In this document: positions 32,001 through 40,546 of the stretch, one piece after another
Position numbering within the stretch: the stretch's first letter is position 1
How the letters are laid out: every line of letters begins with the position of its first letter
Assembly (NCBI GenBank): GCA_013416795.1
Contig: RQSC01000020.1
Location: forward strand, 1-40,546
Source of the DNA: Prasinococcaceae sp. CCMP 1430
Lineage: Eukaryota; Plantae; Prasinodermophyta
Direction: 5' to 3'
DNA length: 40,546 nucleotides
The notes under the pieces: generated by a model
Told to the model about the DNA's origin: nothing
The model's input: the letters and a program-made list of their open reading frames with translations, nothing else
Databases searched by the model: none
Translations under genes and position numbers: made by a program

Positions 32001-34982
32001 GCGCAGCAGCGAAGCGCGTGAACGCGGCCGCCGGGGCAGGTGTCACGACCAGGCCTGGCGCAACGGATGGCAACGTCACGGGTGCGCCTTTGTCACTGCA
32101 CACATCGATGGACTTCGACACCGCGAGCGCCTCATGGAGCAGGAGCCCGCCCGCTTCATCCACGCAGCCGACATTTGCATCGCCCACACCGGCCCGTGCG
32201 CCGCACGTGATCGCGGGCGCAGGCATGCCGAACGCATCCACGTTCGCTACCACCGCCATGGACGGTGCGAACTCAGGTCGCAAATCGAGCGCTTGCCGCG
32301 CAGCTGCACGCGCCACGTCCGCCGCGTCAGCCTGCTCCCGCAGGTTGAGCGCTCGCGCTGCTGCCTGCGCCTTTCCGAGCGCGCTCTCCGCTGCGCGTAA
32401 GTCTTGCCCGACGGCGGAGGAGGTGGCCACTGGCAGCAGCCGCGTAGCAGCATCTGCAAGCGCACGTGCAGCTGACGCGCGACGATCGCCCAAAATGTCC
32501 TGTGCGCTGCGCACGGCGTCGCCGAGCCCGAGCGCTGCCGCGCGCCGGCAGGCTCGCGCGGCCTCGTGTGCGGTGCCGCTGCGCGCCGCGCCGCGCAGAG
32601 AGCGCTCCACTTCTGTGCAGAGTGCTGCTAGCTCCGTCTCGGCCTTCTCCGCCTCGCCATCGAGCCCCAGCGTGCGCAACTCGACACACGCCACCCCGAC
32701 CCTGGCGACCACCAAGCCACCCTGTGCTCCAGACACATGCGCGTCTCCATCACCCGACTCGTGGGTTGAATCCTCCACGGCCGTCCTTTCGCGATCCCCA
32801 CCAGCGATCTTGGCATGCTCGAGTGCGTCGTCCGTGGCCGCGCGTGCGCGCTGGCGTCGCTCGTCGAACGCGCCCGTGACACGTGCGAGCGCATCCGCGC
32901 CGCATCCGAGTGCCTGCGCGGCCTCGCACGCCGCCTGGAAGTCCTTGACGCCAGCGTGCACCGCCGCCTCACGCGCAGCCTCCACTGCGCGCCGTCGTCG
33001 CGCCTCTAGAGTCTGCTCGGCAATGCGAGCTTCCTGCGCGAGCCCGAGTCGGGCCGCTTGTTCGCAGAGCGAGCGCACCTCCGCCTGCGCACCAGTCTCA
33101 GCCGCCGCTGTCAGCTGGGCCTTCAGCCGTTCGTCGCGCACCTCTGCCGAGGCGCGCAGTGTATCCACCTCCGATGCCAGGACCCCCAGCGAGAGCGCCG
33201 CCGCAGCAAGTGCGCTCACCTCCGAGGTCGGCGCGTGCGCACCAGCTGCGGCCGCGAGTGCCGCGAGTGCCGCCCGCTGTCGTGCCTCGAACGTAGCGCG
33301 CGCAGACGCTACGATCGAAACAAACCCAGAGCTTGGCGCAGCGACGTCGAAAGCACGTACAACGTCCGCCGCCGCTGTGGCTTTCTCGTACTGCGCCGCG
33401 TCGGCGCTCGCGGCCGCACGCGCGAGCGCCTCGCCACAGTCGCCCATCGCGCGTTCGCAGCGCGCGACGACGGCTGCCACGCGCGAGCGCTCACAGCCGG
33501 CGGTTGTTGCCCCCGACAACAGCGACTGCACACTCGGCCGCGCGCCCTCGTTTGCCACCCCACCGGCGCCACCGCCCGCGCCTGGATCGGCGCCATGCGA
33601 GCCAACTGGCGCACCATTCTGTGCGGCGGCTACCTCGGCGAGCATTGCTTCGGCGGCGGAGCGCAGAGCACGCAAAGCTTGCGCGCGGCGACTAACCACG
33701 GCCGCCTCGCGCCGGCCGAGCGCGCCGCGCCAGTGCCGCTGAATGAGCGCCGCCGCTGCCCTGCGTGCGGCCCATGCAGGCCCCTTCAGGTGCGTGCGGT
33801 ATGCCCGCGCCAGCTTGGAGGCAGCAAGCACGCGCCGCGCGTCCGCAACGGCGGCATCAGCGCGTTGCTGCTCGCGCCGCGCACGCGCCGCTTCGCGCTC
33901 GGCGTCCGCGGCTTCGAAGGTGGCCTGTCGCGCAGCGACCTCCCTCTGGCGGCGTTCGGCCTCCTCGGCCTCGAAAGCGAGGCGCGCCCGCTCCTCCTGC
34001 TCCTCGCGAGACAACCGCTGGTACTCTGCGCGTGTTCGAGCGAGGCGAAGAGTGGGAGTGGGAGACCACCGTGGTGTGTGCCCGAGGCACGGTCAGCGCG
34101 CGTCAGGGATGCGGGACGCGCGTGGGCCGGCGCGTGTGAGAACGTACCCTCTTCCATCGCCGCTTCGAGCGCCTCCGCTGCCTCCGCTGCGTGCCTCTCC
34201 GCCTCGGCGTTAGCGCGCTCGAGCTCCTCTCGCACCCGTGCCTCCTCAGCGGCCGCAGCTGCTGCCGCCTGCGCGCGCGCCTCCTCGCGCTCGCGTGCCT
34301 CCTCTGCCTCGGCTTCAGCGCGCCGTCTGCGCTCCTCTGCGAGTTCGGCCGCGGCGGCGTTGGCCTCGGCGATAGACGCGTCGTCGAGTGTGTGTGCATC
34401 GCTGCCCGCGCCCGCTTGGTCGCGTGCGCTGCCAGCCGCAGCTCGCTCGGCGGCGGCGGCCCTCGCGCCCATCGCCTTGACGGCCGCGCGCGCGGTCGCG
34501 AGCTCGGACTCGATCCTCGCGACCGCCATGGCTTCGAGCGCCGCGTCCACATCGTCGCCCTCCCCGGCCTCCCCCTCGCCCTTCGCGCCACCGCTGCCGC
34601 CCGCGCTGCCACCCGCGTGTGCATGCGCCTGCTCGACCGCCGGTCGCTCGACCGCCGACGCAACGGCGGCCTCGATCTGCGCGATGAGCTCCGCCTCGGC
34701 GCCGCTGGCCGCGGCGGCCAGAGCGTCCGACCGCTCGTCCCAGCGCCGCGCGAGCGCCGCCAGCGCGTCGCCCGCGCCGCCGCTCGCCCCGTCGCCATCG
34801 TCGCTGTCGCCCTCGCCGTCGCTGTCGCTCAGGCTGAACGCCGCCGCCCCGTCGCGTCCTGTTGTCGCACGCGGCGAGGCGGACGCCACGGACTCGCCCT
34901 CGCCGTCCGAGCCGTCGGAGAGCGCGGCGAGCTCTCGCGCGAGCTCCGCCTCCGCCTCGGCGTCGAGCTCCTCCCCTCCCAT
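29062..34982 (-). CDS. LRRIQ1: LRR- and IQ-motif protein (LRRIQ1-like), 1932 aa; exons 34982-34148 and 34025-29062
   Basis: About 10 LxxLxLxxN repeats with a cap (LGDNPV...YR....LPQLEELDNE), IQ motifs (IQRHWRG, IQAHWRG, IQAAIRG), DEFAYDEVD, and a C-terminal EWGF..TA motif. The 122-nt intron G|gtacgt...cgcag|AG keeps frame. Confidence 0.75.
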
Positions 34983-35361
34983 CGCCGCGGCACCACCGCG
35001 GCTCCGGCGGCCCCACCGCGGCCGCGCGGCCGCGACGCGCCCCGTCGGGGAACCGCGCCCGACCCCCGCGCCGAGCCCAGGAACCGATCCGGTTTCGCGC
35101 GCGCGCCAGCGCCCGCGAAAGCCTCGATTGAAAAAGATGCGGCCGCCGCGAACGAAACCGCGCGCGCCCAGGAATCGAACCTGGCGAGCGCGCGATGCGC
35201 CCGCGCGCGCCCCCGCGCGCGCGGTGCGAGCCACGTGACAAATCCGGAGTGCGCGGCCCACTCCTGTTTTTGTTTTGTTGTTGTTGGTTGGTTGGTGGGT
35301 TGGCAGGAAGCAGCAGCCGAGCGCGAGCGCGCGCTCGCCCGCGCGCGCTCTTTGGGGGGGG

Positions 35362-35446
35362 CTGGAGTAATCACCGGGGTCAGCGAGAGTTGAAACGGGG
35401 TATACAGACGCCACTCCGCGTAAGCTCGGGGTAGTCCGCTACTTAC
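35362..35446 (-). other. Candidate 85-nt non-coding (UTR) intron
   Basis: On the minus strand: GTAAGT donor, GCTGAC branch and TACTCCAG acceptor, lying between the MOC1 stop and the LRRIQ1 start. Confidence 0.45.
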
Positions 35447-35621
35447 CCCGGGTCATCCGTGGCGGGAGACGTCAACCCGGGTGCGGTGCGGCAGTGGGTG
35501 CTCGCGCTGGTGGGCCCCCCGAGGCGCCGCTCGGTGCGCGCAGCACGCGGCAGGAAGCCGCGACGACCAGCACGGCGGAGCGCGCGGACGCACGCGCGGG
35601 TGGACTCACGCACGAGATGTA

Positions 35622-36578
35622 TTATGATTTGCCGCCCTCCTTGGCCTCGGCCTCGGCCTTCTCCTTCGCCGCGCGCTTCTTCCTCGCGGCCGCCTCGGCC
35701 TTGGCGGCCTTCGCCTCGAGCGCCTTCTCCTCGGCGTCTGCCCCCCTGCGCACCGAGACTCCGAGGCCGTAGGCGGCGATGAGCGCGGCCTCGGCGCGGC
35801 CGTGGTGCTTCTTCAGCCGAAGGTTGTCCTTGAGCGCCGGAAATGTGCGGGAGGCCGCCTCGCGGCTGTCGTCCTTGGTGTATTGCTTTCCCGCGAGTTT
35901 GACTCCCTTCTTCCACGTCGCAGGCGTCACCGTCTGCACGTCGAAGCCCATCGCGGTCAGCGCGCCCATCCACACGCCGTAGCCATACCCTGCGGATCAC
36001 CCGCGCGCGCGGCGCAGTCAGCGCGCGAGCGGTGGGCGCGCGTGTCGAGCGGGGCGATGCGGGACCGCGCCTGGGCAGCCACGTACCGCTCCCGAAGAGG
36101 CTCTGCGAGCCGTTCATCGGCCGCGGCCCCGGCTGCTCGAGGAACGCGAGCGAGCCCGGGGGCGCGTGCAGCCCGCGCAGGAGCTCGGCGATCGCACGTG
36201 CGTCGTGCCTCCGCCGCATGGTCTTGCCGTATTTGATGCGCACGACGGGCGTGTCGTACACCGCGGCCGTCAGTGCGCCGTTGTGCACGTCGCTGAGCGA
36301 GTGGTCCGCCGCGGCGGACACCGCGGCCGCGGCCGCCTCCGCGAACGCGTCCGCAGGCGCGCCGGCATCGCCGAGGCCACCGCTCGTGGCGCCGGCGCTG
36401 GCGCATGCTCTGCCGTCGTCGTCGCCATCATCGACCTCGACGTCATCACACGAGGCGCCACCCTCTGCTCGAGGGGCGCCCTCAGTCGAGGCGGCCGCCG
36501 CGCACCGGCCGCACCGCCGTCGATGACGAGGCGCGCGCGCCGGCCGCCCCACCGCCGCTTCAATGGCGGCGCTCGGAG
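35622..36578 (-). CDS. MOC1: Organellar Holliday junction resolvase MOC1 (RuvC-like), 5' incomplete; intron 36086-35990
   Basis: AVYDTP.V....G...RRR.DA..I, FLEQ, G.GYGVWMG, WKK, TKDDSR, FP, KKHHGRAEAALIAAYG all match plant MOC1. The first GIDPD strand and the ATG are not found. Confidence 0.85.
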
Positions 36579-36639
36579 CTGCGCGCGCCGATCCGTGTCA
36601 AAGTACTGTACGGTCTCGCTCGCGGTTGTCGCCGCCGCC

Positions 36640-37152
36640 TCACCACCTGGCGAGTTCTGCGTGTTTCTCGTCGAGCTCCTTCTGCACCTTCTTGCGCCGG
36701 TAGAAAATAGCGCAATCCCTGTTGCTGCACAGCACATCCTGGTGAAGCGTACCCGAACAGCTCTGACATTGCGTCCACAGGCGAGAGAATTGCTCTTCGA
36801 GGTCGTTAGCGGCGCTCAGGCTCTTGTAGTAGATCTCCCCCGCGCGCGGCGAGCAGTTGGGACAGAGCGCGCCCTTGGCCGCAGCGCCCGACAGCGGCGC
36901 CTTGCAGCCGAGGCATTTGGCCTGCACCTTGGCGAACCGCATGATCCCACCGCCGGACATGCTCGGCGTCGAGATGGTGATGGCGCGCGTGTGATCGCCG
37001 GTGAGCAAGCTCTGCGCGTTTTTGAGACAAGGGTCGAAGATGCGAAGGAGGGGCGCCTTGAGCATTTCCAGGTAGTGCCGCGTATCGAGCGGCAGGTTGT
37101 GCTCGAGCGCATAGATGGGGTCCTCGGCTTTCTCGTACGCCTTGGCGCCCTT
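36640..37152 (-). CDS. POLD1: DNA polymerase delta catalytic subunit, C-terminal 170 aa only (cut at N37153)
   Basis: AYEKAEDPIYALEHNLPLD..HYL, LLRIF, GDHTR, CysA (CLGC...CPNC) and CysB (LWTQCQSC...QDVLCSNRDCAIFYRRKK). Confidence 0.93.
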   Translation of the reverse strand, partial: KGAKAYEKAEDPIYALEHNLPLDTRHYLEMLKAPLLRIFDPCLKNAQSLLTGDHTRAITISTPSMSGGGIMRFAKVQAKCLGCKAPLSGAAAKGALCPNCSPRAGEIYYKSLSAANDLEEQFSRLWTQCQSCSGTLHQDVLCSNRDCAIFYRRKKVQKELDEKHAELARW

Positions 37153-37153
37153 N

Positions 37154-37793
37154 CCCCCCGCCCCCGCCGCCGCCGCGCGGGCCGGACCGCAGGTGGCCGG
37201 CGCGCCGCGCCGGGTCACTCGCCAAGAGACCGGGTCTACCCTCGAGCTACCCGTGGCTACCACCGCGACTGCGACGAGAGAGACCCGCTCCCATCGCGCA
37301 TTGCCCCGGTCCATCCCGCGATCGATCCGAGCGCCGCTCCCATCATCTCCTTCCTTACCGTTGGTGCCCAGCCAGCAGATACGCAGAGCATGTGCCATGC
37401 AGACAGGCCCCCAGCCAGCCCTGCAGGCAGCATGCCGTTGGTGGGGGTGTGGGCGGACGGGAGCCTCCGTCGAGGCGGCCCGCCGGACGTCCGTGCGCCG
37501 TTTCGTGGGCCGTCGCCCCTCCTCGCGCCGGCCGCCTTGGTGTCTGCACGCTGTCGCGCGCTCCTCAGACGCCTCATTGACGGCAAGGCTTCCAACACAT
37601 GGCGAGCGGATCTTTCGACAAAGCTCCTCGATGCCATTCGCAATGACCTCAAGCTGCAGCAAATCCCTCGCTGGGACGCTCTTAGCGCCCAGGCTCGCAG
37701 CAAGCTGCAGTTCAGGACCGGCGGCACCTTGCTGCTTTCGTGCCGACGATACGAGGCACGCAGCGAAAATGAGTTGGCGACGCGTCGCGCGAA
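37154..37793. other. 640-bp unassigned segment bounded by single Ns
   Basis: Lower GC skew and a different style from the flanks. The plus frame gives a protein-like stretch (LSTKLLDAIRNDLKLQQIPRWDALS) unrelated to POLD1 or FAM98. Confidence 0.4.
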
Positions 37794-38353
37794 NCGGCGG
37801 CCGCGCGTATCAAATCGCGGCGCCGCGCGCGATCGGTGCGATCCGCACGCGCGCGCGCGCGCCAAGTGCGCGCGCGCGTCTGCGCCCAGTTAGGGCTGAA
37901 GACAGGGTTCGTACCCACCGTCCCGACCCCACGCACATGCACCGTGCGGGTGGTGTGCCGTGCGCCGAGTCGCGGGTGCGTCGGCGTCGCCCTCACGCCC
38001 TGCCCAGGCAACCAAGGCGCAAGGGCGCGTGTCTCCCTCTGCGTGTGCGCGTGCGGGTGCGGGTGTGTCTCCGCGTGCGGGTGCGGGTGTGGGTGTGGGT
38101 GTGGGCGCGGGCGTGCGCCCGCCCGTGGGTCCGCGCGCCTGGCTCTGTCGGTCGGTCGGGGTCGTCGTCGCCTCCCCTGGCTGGGTGGTGCTGGCTGGCT
38201 GGCTCCCCCCGGGGGTGGCGTGGCGTGGCGGGGGGTTTGGGTTGGCGGGTGCGCCGCGCGCGCGCCACGCGCGGGCCAAACACACGCTGTGTCAGCGCCG
38301 TGCGCTGGCAGAAGCGCCAGCTGACTCGGAGGCCCACAGGCAGGCGCGCGCAC

Positions 38354-39076
38354 CTTGATGACCATCTCGCGCCGCACCCGGTACTCGCTAGTGAGTGCGG
38401 CGTGCACCTCGCCGAGGAGCGCCGTCTGCGCGTCCGAGAGCGCCGTCGGATCCACGAGCCGCCGCATCGCGCCGCTCTCCTCGGCGCGAGCTGCGGCGCC
38501 CGCCGTCGTGTCGGCTGCCGCGCGCAGCGCGGCGGCCGCGCTGGTGTTCAGGGTCTGGTCGACACCCGCCGCGGCCGCCACGCGGCGCACGCACTCGGCG
38601 GCCATCGCCGACTCGCTGGTGTCCCCCGACGAGCCCGTGCGCACGGACGCCGCCTGCGCGAGCATTCTGCGTGCCTGCATGGCCGCGACGAGCTCCTCGA
38701 TGGCGGTGATGGGCACGGGCTCGTTCGCCGCTATCGATTCCGGCACTCCCGCCTTGACAGCGGCCGCGATGAGCTCCGCGCGCATCTCCGCCGGCGTCAT
38801 GACTTCGACCATCTCCTTGAAAGACACGCCCGCCGACACCGTCTCCTCGGAAGACACCGCCGACACCATCTCCTTGGAAGACGCGCCCGCCGACACCAGC
38901 AGGGCGACTGCCATCCTGCGGAACGCGCGGCTCCCAGGGCCGGCGAGGTCGGCAAGCTCAGGCCCGGTGCACGGTATGTCGCAGTCGGACAGCCGCTCGG
39001 CGAGCTCGGCGAGGCGGTCGTCCGCAGACACCGCGGGCGACATCGCAGGCGGTGCCATCGCTGACACCGATGCCAT
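38354..39076 (-). CDS. FAM98: FAM98-family protein, first exon; the remainder is lost beyond the gap at 37794
   Basis: L..VHAALTSEYRVRREMVIK|gtgcgc matches the FAM98 motif L..EY..RR.ML.KR. The downstream sequence is an intron-like (GT)/(GC) microsatellite. Confidence 0.7.
38810..38896. repeat. Three-copy 27-30 bp in-frame minisatellite inside FAM98 exon 1
   Basis: catctccttgaaagacacgcccgccgacac / cgtctcctcggaagacaccgccgacac / catctccttggaagacgcgcccgccgacac. Confidence 0.8.
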
Positions 39077-39290
39077 CGCGCGCGGCCACGCCACACCAAG
39101 CACAGGCTATGCTCGCTATGCCCCCGACCCCCACCCCCTCTTCCCCGCGCGCACGCTCCCCAGCTCCCCGCACGCGCAGCCCGACCCCCGCCGCAGCTCA
39201 CCCCGCCTGTGCGGGGACGAACGCCCCCCCGGCGCGGGCGCCGCGCGCGGCCCCCTCCTCGCCCGCCCGCCCACCCACCCGCCCGTNNNN

Positions 39291-39950
39291 AAGGTGCCGG
39301 GCCACATCGCCCGCATGGAGGCCGCGCGCGCCAAGGCGAACGGCGTGGACCCCCGCGCGGCCGCCGCGCGCAACGCGAGGCCGTCGTTCAACTCGGCGCC
39401 GTCGTCCGCGCCCGCATACACCCCGCCGCCCGCCTCGCCCACTCCGGCGGCCCGTTCCTACGAGCCCGCCCCCCAGCGCAGCGGACGGAAGGTGCCGGGC
39501 CACATCGCCCGCATGGAGGCCGCGCGCGCCAAGGCCAACGGCGTGGACCCCCGCGCGGCCGCCGCGCGCAACGCGAGGCCGTCGTTCAACTCGGCCCCGG
39601 CGGCCCCGCCCGCATACACCCCGCCGGCCCGGCCTACGCCCACTCGCGCCCCCGAGCGGAGCTACCAGGCCGCGCCCCGCCCGACCGGCGGCAAGGTGCC
39701 CGGCCACATCGCCCGCATGCAGGCCGCCGCCGCCAAGGCCGCCAGCCCGGACCCGCGTGCGGCTGCGGCTCGCAACGCCAGGCCGTCGTTCAACGCCGCG
39801 CCCTCGCAGGCCTCGTACACCCCCCCGCCGCGCTCGACTGAGAACGAGTTCGCGGCCCGCGCTGCGTCCGTGTCCTCGCCCGCCCCCTCGGGCGCCAAGG
39901 TCCCGGCGCACATCCGTCGCATGGAGGCTGCCCGCGCCAAGGCCCTCGCC
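39291..39950 (+). repeat. Coding tandem repeat, unit 198-204 bp (66-68 aa)
   Basis: Units start at 39291, 39489, 39693 and 39897 (aaggtgccgggccacatc / aaggtcccggcgcacatc). Confidence 0.92.
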
Positions 39951-39953
39951 TAA
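39291..39953 (+). CDS. Low-complexity basic tandem-repeat protein, 5' end in gap; candidate pyrenoid Rubisco linker
   Basis: The reading frame starts right after NNNN and has 3 full repeats plus a terminal fourth motif KVP[GA]HI[AR]RM[EQ]AA[RA]AKA, then TAA at 39951-39953. Strong codon bias and a TGTAA polyA-type signal at 40043-40047. Confidence 0.8.
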   Translation, partial: KVPGHIARMEAARAKANGVDPRAAAARNARPSFNSAPSSAPAYTPPPASPTPAARSYEPAPQRSGRKVPGHIARMEAARAKANGVDPRAAAARNARPSFNSAPAAPPAYTPPARPTPTRAPERSYQAAPRPTGGKVPGHIARMQAAAAKAASPDPRAAAARNARPSFNAAPSQASYTPPPRSTENEFAARAASVSSPAPSGAKVPAHIRRMEAARAKALA

Positions 39954-40546
39954 GGAGCACCAGGCAGTGAGTGAGTGGCTCGGACGGGGGATGGGCCCGA
40001 CCGTTGCTTCACGCAGTTTTCACACGTAAGCATGTCATGACGTGTAAATTAGTCTCTCGCTTCCCTCGCACCTCGCAGCGTCTCCTCGCCCGCGCCCACG
40101 GCGAGGGCCGGCTCGCAGGCGACGCCCGCGCCCGGCACCACTCAGGGGCCACTGGCGCGTGACGCCAAGTGCTCGGCCCAATGCGCGTGCGCCCCCTGTG
40201 CGATGCCGGCCGTTGTTCTCAGGCCAACAGGCTGCAGGGGGGTTCGCCCGGGCTGGAGGCAGCCTCTGCACCAGCCGAGGGGAGAGCGGGAGGCGCACGC
40301 GCCGCTGCCCTCGCCTCCGCCGCCTCCTCCTGGTCCCAATCGCGGCCGATGCCGCGCAGGTGCGCTGGCACTCGCCCCTCCCCCCCCCCCCCTCCCTGGG
40401 GGGCGCGCCCGCCTCCGCCTCGGCCTCGGCCTCGGCCTCGGCCGCGCTGCGCCCGTCGCCCCTGTGCCCGCACCAAAACCGCGGAAGGCGCCGTCTCGCG
40501 CGCACGGAACCGCACAAACGCCGCCCCGCGCGCGGCTCGCGCGGCA

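Noticed and set aside
39291-39950. Repeats as a CRISPR array or mobile element
   Set aside because: The units are ~200 bp, in frame with synonymous variation, in a eukaryotic context, with no spacers or cas genes.
3575-39953. Functional chloroplast/CO2-fixation cluster (LIL3, RAF1, MenE, ALS, MOC1, linker candidate)
   Set aside because: These genes are interspersed with unrelated housekeeping genes over 40 kb, and plastid-targeted genes are common in algal genomes.
40405-40445. (GCCTCG)n hexamer run encoding AEAEAE on the minus strand
   Set aside because: No supported start, splice structure or domain within the window.
1-40546. Numerous long overlapping Arg/Ala/Pro-rich ORFs in the six-frame track
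   Set aside because: They are shadow ORFs caused by very high GC and antisense frames of real genes; no domain motifs.

Overview
This is a very GC-rich, gene-dense eukaryotic nuclear segment from a green alga. The gene content and intron style suggest an early-diverging prasinophyte or Prasinoderma-like coccoid, but the species cannot be proven from sequence alone. Recognisable genes, left to right: LIL3 (truncated), RAF1, AAE14/MenE, mitochondrial uL2, acetolactate synthase, TOM2A-like tetraspanin, kinesin-9 (KIF9/KLP1), ZIP transporter, a ~1060-aa coiled-coil protein with 60-residue Trp periodicity and a 1-nt frameshift, presenilin, mL41, XRN1, LRRIQ1-like, MOC1 resolvase, the 3' end of POLD1, the 5' exon of FAM98, and a disordered tandem-repeat protein. 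Genes have few short GC-rich introns (GTGCG/GTACG...GCTGAC...GCAG). Seven N sites (564, 10814, 17160, 24020, 37153, 37794, 39287-39290) coincide with truncated genes or short out-of-place fragments, including a bacterial Uup piece and an ANKRD13-like piece, so parts of the window are probably assembly chimeras. The best novelty candidate is the repeat protein at 39291-39953, whose architecture matches pyrenoid Rubisco linkers (EPYC1/CsLinker type) but with a motif I do not recognise. The second is the 60-aa-periodic coiled coil. I found no rRNA, tRNA, CRISPR array or intact transposon.
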